From Myxococcota bacterium (GTDB lineage: Bacteria > Myxococcota_A > Polyangia > Polyangiales > Houyiibacteriaceae), in contig JANQQS010000005.1 of NCBI GenBank assembly GCA_028284955.1, positions 1,946 to 65,945 of the forward strand: a stretch of DNA of 64,000 bases. The letters run 5' to 3'. Of this stretch, positions 43,937-55,176 are shown piece by piece. A program made the position numbers and the translations under genes. Within the stretch, counting starts at the first letter, position 1; each line of letters starts with the position of its first letter. The notes under the pieces were generated by a model. It had not been told where the DNA came from. It ran no database searches and worked only from the letters and a program-made list of their open reading frames with translations.

Positions 43937-44745
43937 GAGAGGTCATTTGCGCAGCTTCGAAACGAGCCGTGGTTGTCTGCGGCACGTTGAGATGGCGGAA
44001 GCGCACTGGCGATCGAGCTTCTCACATCTGAAATCAGCCGCTCGGTCCCTTTTGCACGATAGTCTCTGGTGTCGAGCACAGGATGGAACGTCACTGTGAC
44101 GCGCTTCCCAGGTCGCACGCAGGGACTGCCCGCAGGCTGCACCGCGTACGTACCGTCAAGAGTAACTGGAAGAATCTTGGCCCGCGCGCGAAGCGCAAGC
44201 ATGAAGCCACCTTTTTTGAACGGCAGGAGTTCTCCGCTCGCGCTTCGCGTGCCCTCCGGAGCGATCCATACATGAATCCCCGTTTCCAGGAGCGCGCGAG
44301 CCTGCCGAAGCGCCTGACGAGCTTTTTCGGGATCGGCCCGATCCATCTCGATGAACTCGGAGGCGCGCAATGCAGAACCAAGCAGCGGCACACGAAATAG
44401 TTCTTTCTTCGCAACCATGCGCATCACTCCGGGAAACGCATGGAACAACACAAAGATGTCGTAGTTCGATTGGTGGTTGGACATCACCACATACGTGTCG
44501 TCCGGTTGAATGTGCTCGCCGCCACGCACATCGAGGTCGATCGCGGCCTCTTCCACTGCGATTTTTGACCACTCTTCGAGACGGCGAGAGCATTTCTCGC
44601 GCGTCACCCGACCGAAAAGATCTTCGAGCACCGTGGGGGCGCATACCCGCGCGGTATTCGCCCAGGTGGAGAGGTAAATGCGGAGTCCTTCGCCAATCAC
44701 GAGGCGGCAGTATGAAGGAAAGCCGCGCAGAGTGCGAGCCGCCAC
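43906..44745 (-). CDS. plsC: 1-acyl-sn-glycerol-3-phosphate acyltransferase
   Basis: NHQSNYD (HX4D) and APEGTRS motifs. The 3' end overlaps the convergent NPP gene by 31 nt. Confidence 0.85.
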   Translation of the reverse strand: MAARTLRGFPSYCRLVIGEGLRIYLSTWANTARVCAPTVLEDLFGRVTREKCSRRLEEWSKIAVEEAAIDLDVRGGEHIQPDDTYVVMSNHQSNYDIFVLFHAFPGVMRMVAKKELFRVPLLGSALRASEFIEMDRADPEKARQALRQARALLETGIHVWIAPEGTRSASGELLPFKKGGFMLALRARAKILPVTLDGTYAVQPAGSPCVRPGKRVTVTFHPVLDTRDYRAKGTERLISDVRSSIASALPPSQRAADNHGSFRSCANDLSQRGRSVLTS

Positions 44746-44755
44746 GCACGCCGCG

Positions 44756-47201
<2,446 letters not shown>

Positions 47202-47285
47202 CATCCGCTGAGCACCGACGCTGCCGCCAAACATAATTTTGGGCATTTGAGGCAACCCGCCGGCTGCGGGGCCGATAAGTTGGCG

Positions 47286-48191
47286 ATGGCCCAACACTAC
47301 GATTCCCGAATCATCGGCTTCTGGTTCGCGATCGCGTCCGCCTTCGTTTCGTCTCCTGCGGCAGCCGACAAACTAGCCATTCTGCCTCCCGGGGGCGACG
47401 CACCCCGTATTCCACACGCAAGCGCGCTCACCATCGAAGCGGCAACCAAGGCGCTCGAAGCACGAGGCCATTTGGTGGTTACCCCCGAACTCATCCGGGC
47501 CAAACTCCCCGACAGAGCGCTGCACGCCTGTCGGAGGGCGCGCTGTGTGCGCCAGCTAATTCGATCTCTAGAGATCGATCAGGTCGTTATTCTGAATATT
47601 TGGACGGCACAAGGAAATCGTTCTCCGAGCGTGATGGCATCTGTCGTGGGCCTCCACACCGAAAGCCGAGCACAAATCGACCTTATGGAAAACGCAGGGC
47701 TCAAAGCGACGGTGCGCGCGGTGCTCCGTCGTGCCCTGGACGAGCACGCAAGAAACATGCGTGAACCTCAGATCGACGGCCATTCCCACGTGAACGTCGA
47801 TCTCGCCCGGAACTCAACCCCCCGGAACTCAACCCGCCGGAACTCAATCCCCCGGAACTCAATCCTTGGTCCGCCAGCATCGCCGACTTCGTCTCTCCTC
47901 CCCCCTGCTAGATCTTCTGCTTGGAATCACGTACTCGGCAGCACGTTGGCCCTGGTATCGGTCATTCCTTTTGCGTTTTCTCTCCGCGCTGCCGCACGGA
48001 CCGGCGATTGTGTTTCGGGGTGCGTCGCTGACGAGGAAGCCAGCCGTTTTGAACGCCGTCGTTTTGGTGCTGGCGGGAGCGTCGCACTGATCTCGACACT
48101 CGTCCTCGGAGCCGGCGCGGCTTTCTTTTTTGCCCGACGCCCGATACGAATTCCCCCTCCGGAGGTTGAGCGCGCCCTGCTGCGTGAATAG
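47286..48191 (+). CDS. Hypothetical exported, membrane-anchored protein (N-domain paralogous to the 48217-49317 product)
   Basis: Signal peptide, then DKLAILPPGG...HACRRARCVRQL...VVILNIW. Internal 15-bp x4 repeat (NSTPRNSTRRNSIPRNS). C-terminal TM helices. Confidence 0.6.
   Translation: MAQHYDSRIIGFWFAIASAFVSSPAAADKLAILPPGGDAPRIPHASALTIEAATKALEARGHLVVTPELIRAKLPDRALHACRRARCVRQLIRSLEIDQVVILNIWTAQGNRSPSVMASVVGLHTESRAQIDLMENAGLKATVRAVLRRALDEHARNMREPQIDGHSHVNVDLARNSTPRNSTRRNSIPRNSILGPPASPTSSLLPPARSSAWNHVLGSTLALVSVIPFAFSLRAAARTGDCVSGCVADEEASRFERRRFGAGGSVALISTLVLGAGAAFFFARRPIRIPPPEVERALLRE
47808..47865 (+). repeat. 15-bp tandem repeat x ~3.9 inside a CDS (CGGAACTCAA(C/T)CC(C/G)C)
   Basis: Read directly; in-frame. 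Confidence 0.95.
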
Positions 48192-48220
48192 CCCTGCCGC
48201 GTGAATAGCCCTGCTGCTAG
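48175..48220. repeat. 17-bp tandem repeat x ~2.7 filling the gap between two convergent genes and containing both stop codons
   Basis: CCCTGCTGCGTGAATAG / CCCTGCCGCGTGAATAG / CCCTGCTGCTAG. TAG at 48189-48191 ends the + gene; CTA at 48217-48219 is the minus-gene stop. Confidence 0.9.
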
Positions 48221-49317
48221 AAGTCGATTCGTATCGACGCTGGTCCAATAATTGGCGCTGGTCTATTGATTGATGCTGGAGCGGCGGTTGACGAACGAGT
48301 GGACGCTCCGCGTGATGACTTTCCCCTCCGAGCCCGACCCAGCACGCCCCAGAGGACCGCAGCGACCGCGGCCGCTGCGCCAACCGCAGCGTAGGCCGCG
48401 AATGCTCCATCTCGTAGCTCATCACACTCGGTTCCCGGAACACCCCCATCGCAACCGCGACGAACCAATGCCACCGCGTCGGTCACCAAGAAGCCAGCGC
48501 TCACGAGAGACAACGCGATCGGCCCGACCACCCAATGCCGCCGCCACCATGCCGGAGGCGCGCCCGCGCTCGTCTCCGAAGCCACACGTTGCACATCGGC
48601 GCGGCGTAGGTTGGCTTCCTCGAGGTTGACCTCCACATCGACCGGCTTTGGGGCCCACACGGGAAGATCCACCTCTCGTCGAAATGATGCGAGACCTTTC
48701 GATTCGACAACCACGACATGACGACCCGCCGGAACAGCCCACGTATTCGGAAGGGTGCCGAGCACTCGCCCATCCACTTTCACCTGCGCGCCGAGTGGCT
48801 CTCCAGACACCCGAATCCAAGGCCCGGGCCCGAGCCGGAGGAGCTGGCGAGCATCACCGAGTGCGCCTACGAGCAACTGATAGAGCTCCAGATTCGGCGC
48901 ATCGGCCACACCAGGAAAACGCCCAGACGCATGATAAAGGTCCACCGCAACTCGACGTGCAGTGCTCACTCCGTCTTCCTGCCAAAGCGCGACAACCAGC
49001 GCGAAATCGGCGCGAGCCTCCCGGCGAATTTTCTGAACGCATTCTTCCTGGCTGCAGGCATCTTTGGGCCGCTTGATGACTTCAAACCCTTCTCGTTCCA
49101 AAACCCCCGCCACCTTCTCGTACATCGCCGGCTCGTTGACGCCTGACGCTTGGCCCTGAAGCGGAAGCAGCACCATGCTATCGGCTCGCGCAGGCGTTGC
49201 CGTAAGCGCTCCCCACCCCACAAGCAGCAGACCAGACACCACCGCAGCGAGCCCATGCTTTGACCTTGCGACCGACGTACGCCGTCTTGGTTGATGTTCG
49301 CGACCGATTTGTAGCAT
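48217..49317 (-). CDS. PEGA-domain exported protein with C-terminal TM anchor
   Basis: DSMVLLPLQG...ACSQEECVQKI...ALVVALW N-domain. PEGA-like IRVSGEPLGAQVKVDGRVLGTLPNTWAVPAGRHVVVVESKG. ATGA overlap with the upstream gene. Confidence 0.7.
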   Translation of the reverse strand: MLQIGREHQPRRRTSVARSKHGLAAVVSGLLLVGWGALTATPARADSMVLLPLQGQASGVNEPAMYEKVAGVLEREGFEVIKRPKDACSQEECVQKIRREARADFALVVALWQEDGVSTARRVAVDLYHASGRFPGVADAPNLELYQLLVGALGDARQLLRLGPGPWIRVSGEPLGAQVKVDGRVLGTLPNTWAVPAGRHVVVVESKGLASFRREVDLPVWAPKPVDVEVNLEEANLRRADVQRVASETSAGAPPAWWRRHWVVGPIALSLVSAGFLVTDAVALVRRGCDGGVPGTECDELRDGAFAAYAAVGAAAAVAAVLWGVLGRARRGKSSRGASTRSSTAAPASINRPAPIIGPASIRIDF

Positions 49318-51068
49318 CAGAAATTCCCCCGTATGCCGATGGTGGCGTGATGAACACTCCAATCGACCATGGCTTCAGCCGTTCTTGTAGCGGAGCGCTT
49401 CTTCATCAACGCACGCATCGCATACGTGCACGGCACTGCGAACAACGGCGCCGCGCTCGACAGGAGAAGCGCCGTGTGCACGCGAGTGTCGTAACGGTCC
49501 GAATCGGGAACGCTCCCATCTAGATTCCGCACCGCACCAGGTTGATCGTTGCCGTCTAAGATCGCGGTAACGACACCCGCACTGGCGGTCGCAACGCCCA
49601 GTCCGCCCATCACCCACGCCCACCACGGAATGCCGGATCGCTCCGGCAAGACGAGGGATAGCCCGGCAGCAGACAACGTGCCTCCGGCGGGAGCCAAACC
49701 ATAGATCAGACGGCGCGCCTGATTGCGTTCCCCGCGCAGTGACGCGAACCCCACATCGCTGGGCGAGCCTCGCTCGACGGCACGGTTTCGACGAGACCAG
49801 CGCCCGAGCAATCCCCACGCGGTCGCCAGCGCACCAACCCCGGCCGCGCCGACGGAGTAAGCCAACGCTCGCTTCACTCGAAGCGGGCGTTGGCCTACTC
49901 CATCACGGCGGGATGCGCTGACTTGGGGGGCAGCGCCTGGGGGCGACCATGGCGTAGCCGCGCGCTCTGTGCCGCTCTCCAGCGACAGCGACTTGTTGGC
50001 GTGAAGCGCCCGGACCGCACGCATGACCATTTGTCCGGTGGAGGAATCGTCGCGAGACACAGGTAAGGATACCGACGCGGTGACCCGAAGCGGTCGAAGA
50101 GAAACGCGATCGAGTCGAATCGTGTCCGAATCTGCGTGCACCAAAATCAGTTCGGTCGCGCCCACCGCCCGCGCTACGCGAGCGCCATCGATCACGCGGA
50201 AACGGTCTCTTTCTTGCGCGCTGGGATAGTCCAACCAGATGGAGCGGCCCGTTCGCACCGTGGAATCAAACCGAGCGTCCACCATGAGCGACGCAGAAGA
50301 TCGACCAATCGTGATCCGATGAATGCGGCCAGGGCGATTCTCTGTGCAATCGACCCGAACCGCGTATTCTCCTGGTCCGAGTTTCACCGTCACGGGGGCA
50401 GTGTCGACCCGATGCCCGTTGAGGAACACCTGCCCGGCGCAACCAGGAGAACGACTTTCGATATGAACATCGCTCGCGATTTGCTGACGTTTGGCGTCAA
50501 CCTCCGCGACCAAGCCAACGACGTCGGGAGGAAACTCGGTGACCCGCACCTTCCCGAGCGGAACGACTTGACGGCACTCTCCCACGAGCTCTCTTGCGCG
50601 TTCTCTATCGTTTTGCTGAAGCGCCCCCTGAACCCGATAGAGACAACCGCGAAAGAGTGCATCACCAATCGCTGGATCCCGCTCGAGTCGTTCGCGTACG
50701 TTCCGCGCTCGTTCCATCAAGCGGCCTGCGACATCGCGCGCTTTTTTGTATCGCGCGGTTGCCACCATGAGCTGAAGCTCGCGAGCATCGGCGAGCAATC
50801 CATCAACGTCGCTGCTTGAGGTTTCGAGCGGCTGCGCGGACACTCGACGAGAGAAGCGCCGAGACGCCTCAGCCGAACGTACAACCTGGACCGATAGACG
50901 CGAGAGCGATTGCTCGATCGACAACACGCGAGACCTGGTCGCTTCTCGATACGCGCGGGCTGCTGGGTCGTCTCCCGCAACCACGAGCCACGCTGTTTCC
51001 TTCGCCTGCGCGCGAGCCATCGCAACCGTCTGGGTCGCCGCCATCAACATGCACACTGCGAGACGCAT
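49317..51068 (-). CDS. Hypothetical exported protein with PEGA-like segment and C-terminal TM helices
   Basis: Signal MRLAVCMLMAATQTVAMARA. VFLNGHRVDTAPVTVKLGPGEYAVRVDC is PEGA-like. Several C-terminal hydrophobic helices. Start at ATG 51068 chosen. Confidence 0.6.
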   Translation of the reverse strand: MRLAVCMLMAATQTVAMARAQAKETAWLVVAGDDPAARAYREATRSRVLSIEQSLSRLSVQVVRSAEASRRFSRRVSAQPLETSSSDVDGLLADARELQLMVATARYKKARDVAGRLMERARNVRERLERDPAIGDALFRGCLYRVQGALQQNDRERARELVGECRQVVPLGKVRVTEFPPDVVGLVAEVDAKRQQIASDVHIESRSPGCAGQVFLNGHRVDTAPVTVKLGPGEYAVRVDCTENRPGRIHRITIGRSSASLMVDARFDSTVRTGRSIWLDYPSAQERDRFRVIDGARVARAVGATELILVHADSDTIRLDRVSLRPLRVTASVSLPVSRDDSSTGQMVMRAVRALHANKSLSLESGTERAATPWSPPGAAPQVSASRRDGVGQRPLRVKRALAYSVGAAGVGALATAWGLLGRWSRRNRAVERGSPSDVGFASLRGERNQARRLIYGLAPAGGTLSAAGLSLVLPERSGIPWWAWVMGGLGVATASAGVVTAILDGNDQPGAVRNLDGSVPDSDRYDTRVHTALLLSSAAPLFAVPCTYAMRALMKKRSATRTAEAMVDWSVHHATIGIRGNF

Positions 51069-51474
51069 GAGCGCGCACCATGCCGTTCGGCAACGGCTCT
51101 GGCAAGACACCTTTGCGAGCGATTGGCCTTTCATGGACGACTTATCGGCCCGCGGCCGCGACGGTTGCGAGAAATAGCACCGAGTGGGGGCATCCGTGCG
51201 ACAAAAACTGTTTCTCACAAATGATTGTCAGATCTAGTTCGCGTCCACGTCCCTAAGCAGTGACAAGCAAAGAAACACGTCGTATTTCCTCAAAAATTTC
51301 TTAGAAAATAAGAAAAGACACTGAATCTCATGTGATTCATGCGCTTTTCGGCGGTATTTCTGAAATGTATCCAACTCGTTAATGACGCGAATATATGTCT
51401 AACAAATAAGTAAGCATAACCGATGACTGTATCCGTATTTCTGCTTTACAGCGTCAAACTTTTGCGTTTCAGAT

Positions 51475-53688
51475 TTGTTTCGCACGTATGTCGAGGTCGA
51501 TTTGAAATCAAGGTGGCGTTGTCACCGAATCTACACCGCCCTGTTGTCCATGGGCGCGGCCTTTCCCCAGATCATCGAAGCACAACCGTCCCTCTCAACC
51601 TCAACGTCACCCACGGAGGAGGACTCATCTCCAAAGTGGTACGAACAGGTCAAACCGACTTCCGTTCCGTCAACAAAGCGAGCGCCAGCGGGCATACCAG
51701 AACCTGAACTCGAACAAACGGCATTCGGATCGGCCGCAACGGAAACCAACGATCTTCTCGAAGATGCGTCAGAGGATGCGCTGCCGCCTCCTCCCGAATG
51801 GAAATGGCGCCAAATGCTAATTCCGGTTCGGGTGGCTGGACAAATCTCTGAGTTCGACATCCATCCCACCGATCCTGATCTCATGATCGTCGGAACCCAG
51901 GAGGGCACCATCCTGCGCACCGATGACGGAGGAATCACGTGGCGCGAGATCGAGCTCGATCCCTACGTGATCGAAAAACGAATCACTATTCCCCGACCTC
52001 CTGGGTTGCCGGATCTGGGAGAGGTCTTGCCTCCGGGCCTGCAGATGTACCAAGACCCACCGTTCGCACCTGAGCCGGTGCAGCGTGTTTCGGCGCCCTT
52101 TCGTACGCTATTTTTCTCCTTCGGACCCGAGTTCATGTCGGTCCGTGCAGCCAACAACTCGGCCATCGGGTTCAAAGAAACGATTCTCCGAGACGCGCTC
52201 AGCCTGCAGCCGGCTCGACCTGTGCGACGGGTCGTGTTTTGTCCAGGAGGCGACTTCGAAGTGCTCGTGGCCACCGACGACGAACTGCTCGGCTCTACCG
52301 ATCGCGGAATGACTTTCGTGCGGCTCCTTCGTATTCCAGGACAAGTGCGTATGTACCACGTGATTTGTTCGGAAAGGAACCCCAAGTATATCTACGTGAC
52401 CACAACGTTTGGTCCTTTTCTTTCCCGCGACGGCGGCATCACATTCGATCAGGATCTGAGTGGTTGGCCAGGTCGACTTTCGAACGGTGCTGCGTTTGAT
52501 CCGAATAACGATGGCCCTGTGTTCGTCGCGACCGACCATCTTCTGTTTCGAGGCAATCCACTCACCGGCAGGGGCCTCGAAATGTGTTACCCGGACTTCA
52601 ACAACGCTTCGACCGCGCCGTGGACGCAAGTGAACTGGGTAGAAATCAGCGATGGGCAGCTGTGGCTTGCCACCGACGACGGCGTCCGCCGCTCGAAGGA
52701 CGGAGGCACAAGCTGGGAAAACGTGGGCGTTGATATTTTCAGCCGACACACCATTCGGCAGGTTGCTATCGGCCAAAACGAATCCGGCGGCAAGCGCATC
52801 GTGGTCGCGGCGCGCAACAGCAAGCCTTTTGCGCTTTCGACCACCTACATCCCGATGGCCGAAAGCCCTATGGTCGCCAGCATGGACATGAGCAACATGG
52901 TGAAAAAGCTCATCAAACCCACCACGCTAGTTTACTCATCGGACGACAACGGCGAAACCTGGGAACCGTTCTTTGTGGGCATGACACGCCGACTGATTTC
53001 GCGCATCAAAGCCACGCGGCCTGAATCGGGACAACCGCCGAAATGGTGGATCTTGGATGGCGGCGCCATTTGGACAACCGCTCCTCTCCCCGCGCAGGAT
53101 GCAGAACTCGACCGCGACAGCCAACGGTGGGCGCGCATCCGCATGCGCGACAACCCACCTCTTCGCAACGTAGTGGAGCGATTGCTTTATGAAAACGACC
53201 TCCACGACGCATTCTTGCAAAAGGATTGGAAGCTTCAGTACCGCAGCTATCGTCTCCCTTCCATTCAATTTCGATTCAATATGCGAACGCCGGGTGTACA
53301 ACGGAATGAAGATATCGCGATCTTTGCGCCCGCCAATATCTTAGAAAACGACCGACGTACGGCCTACTCGGCGTCGCTCTATCTGTGGTGGGATCTTCCC
53401 AACACGCTCAACGTGCGTGACATGCCGGGACGAGTTGACGTTGCGCACAAAAGCGCACGTGGACAGCTGTTCGAACTCAAGCGCATCATCATTCTCATGG
53501 TCGAAGACTTGTGGCACGAACGCCTGATGCACCTGCAAACCCTGGCTCGGGGACTCTCTGATCGCCTCAAAACCGAAATTCTCCGCGAACGCATTGTCGC
53601 TCTAGAAGCGATTTTGGAAACCTGGCTGCGCCAGCCGCTTAGCCCCGATATCAAACCCGTCGGAGAAGAGGAATGGGCATGGCAATAG
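51475..53688 (+). CDS. BNR/Asp-box repeat protein (sialidase-fold / Ycf48-like beta-propeller)
   Basis: Asp-boxes TDDGGITW, STDRGMTF, SRDGGITF, SKDGGTSW and SDDNGETW. The start is uncertain (TTG at 51475). Confidence 0.7.
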   Translation: MFRTYVEVDLKSRWRCHRIYTALLSMGAAFPQIIEAQPSLSTSTSPTEEDSSPKWYEQVKPTSVPSTKRAPAGIPEPELEQTAFGSAATETNDLLEDASEDALPPPPEWKWRQMLIPVRVAGQISEFDIHPTDPDLMIVGTQEGTILRTDDGGITWREIELDPYVIEKRITIPRPPGLPDLGEVLPPGLQMYQDPPFAPEPVQRVSAPFRTLFFSFGPEFMSVRAANNSAIGFKETILRDALSLQPARPVRRVVFCPGGDFEVLVATDDELLGSTDRGMTFVRLLRIPGQVRMYHVICSERNPKYIYVTTTFGPFLSRDGGITFDQDLSGWPGRLSNGAAFDPNNDGPVFVATDHLLFRGNPLTGRGLEMCYPDFNNASTAPWTQVNWVEISDGQLWLATDDGVRRSKDGGTSWENVGVDIFSRHTIRQVAIGQNESGGKRIVVAARNSKPFALSTTYIPMAESPMVASMDMSNMVKKLIKPTTLVYSSDDNGETWEPFFVGMTRRLISRIKATRPESGQPPKWWILDGGAIWTTAPLPAQDAELDRDSQRWARIRMRDNPPLRNVVERLLYENDLHDAFLQKDWKLQYRSYRLPSIQFRFNMRTPGVQRNEDIAIFAPANILENDRRTAYSASLYLWWDLPNTLNVRDMPGRVDVAHKSARGQLFELKRIIILMVEDLWHERLMHLQTLARGLSDRLKTEILRERIVALEAILETWLRQPLSPDIKPVGEEEWAWQ

Positions 53689-53735
53689 CGAACGCCAGGT
53701 CGACGAAACCTTGATTCGCGCTTAAGTCTCGCGAC

Positions 53736-55127
53736 ATGAACCTCGGGCTCCTTCTGGTCGCGGCGGTGCTGGCCATCGTGTTTGGAACCACACGATTGCG
53801 CATGCACCCGTTTCTTGTGCTTTTGGCCGTCGGATATTCATTCGGTCTTTCCGCAGGACTTTCTGTCCCGCAAGTCCTCGCCTCCATCAAGGACGGTTTC
53901 GGCGGCACGCTCGGCCATATCGGAATCGTCATCGCGGCAGGCTCAGTCATTGGGTTTGTCCTCGAGCAAAGCGGCGGAGCATGGGTCATGGCCAAATCCG
54001 TCATCCGCGTGCTGGGGACCAAACGCGCAACGCTGTCGATGAGCATCACTGGGGCATTGGTATCCATTCCCGTATTTTGTGATTCCGGATTCGTCGTGCT
54101 GTCGTCGCTCGCTCGGTCGCTCGCCCAAACGACGAAACAACCATTCGCGCCATTCGCCATCGCGCTAAGCCTCGGCCTCTATACCACCCATGTGTTCGTT
54201 CCACCGACGCCCGGTCCCATGGCCGCGGCGGGAGCACTTCACGCCGACGTGACCACGGTGATGGCGCTTGGACTTGCCGCAACGGTACCAGTGCTGATTT
54301 CGACCTACTTCTTCGCACAGTGGATGGGCCGCCGTGTGGCCATGACGTCACGCAACACCGAAGAGATGAAAGAAGATGGAATTCCGCAACAACGCAGCGA
54401 TATTTCATTTCCCGATGACACACAGAAACCGTCCGTATGGGTATCGTTTGCCCCCATCGTCGTTCCTCTCGTACTGATCGGGATGAATTCCCTGGCGAAT
54501 CTCCCTCGGCAGCCGCTAGGCGATGGAAGTCTCGCGAACGGCTTTACTTTTTTGGGCAACCCTTCGGTCGCCTTGCTCGTGGGTGTCGCGATCGTGCTTT
54601 GGGGCACACGAGCCTACGGAACGAAAGCCCAAGCGTCATGGATTGCGTCCGGGCTCTCCGGCGCAGGTTCGATACTGCTCACTACAGGCGCCGGTGGCGC
54701 ATTCGGCGCTGTGCTCAAAGCGACCTCAATCGGAGACTCCCTCGGCGATTTGCTGATCGGTGATTCGCCGGGCACTTCCCCTGTAGATGCTTCGCACCTG
54801 GGTCTCCTGATTCCTTTCGTGCTCGCGGCGGCGCTCAAGACGGCGCAAGGTTCGTCGACTGTCGCCATCATCACCAGCGCGTCAATTGTCGCTCCGCTCT
54901 CCGCCACACTGGGACTGTCATCCGGTTTCGGTCCCGCCCTCACAACACTGGCCATCGGAGCTGGCGCAATGACCGTGAGCCACGCGAACGACAGCTACTT
55001 TTGGGTGGTAAGTCAGTTTTCAAAGATGAGCGTATCGGAAGCCTATCGACTGCATACTACCGGCACGGCGGTAGCGGGAGTTACGGGTATCGCTTGTGTC
55101 TATGTGCTCAGCCTCATCTTCTTATGA
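53736..55127 (+). CDS. GntP-family (gluconate:H+ symporter-like) permease
   Basis: 463 aa, polytopic. FGGTLGHIGIVIAAGSVIG and AALKTAQGSSTVAIITSASIVAPL are typical GntP motifs. Confidence 0.85.
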   Translation: MNLGLLLVAAVLAIVFGTTRLRMHPFLVLLAVGYSFGLSAGLSVPQVLASIKDGFGGTLGHIGIVIAAGSVIGFVLEQSGGAWVMAKSVIRVLGTKRATLSMSITGALVSIPVFCDSGFVVLSSLARSLAQTTKQPFAPFAIALSLGLYTTHVFVPPTPGPMAAAGALHADVTTVMALGLAATVPVLISTYFFAQWMGRRVAMTSRNTEEMKEDGIPQQRSDISFPDDTQKPSVWVSFAPIVVPLVLIGMNSLANLPRQPLGDGSLANGFTFLGNPSVALLVGVAIVLWGTRAYGTKAQASWIASGLSGAGSILLTTGAGGAFGAVLKATSIGDSLGDLLIGDSPGTSPVDASHLGLLIPFVLAAALKTAQGSSTVAIITSASIVAPLSATLGLSSGFGPALTTLAIGAGAMTVSHANDSYFWVVSQFSKMSVSEAYRLHTTGTAVAGVTGIACVYVLSLIFL

Positions 55128-55176
55128 TTGGGTTTACTTATGATTGGGTTCGACCATTGGCGACGATCGATATGGC

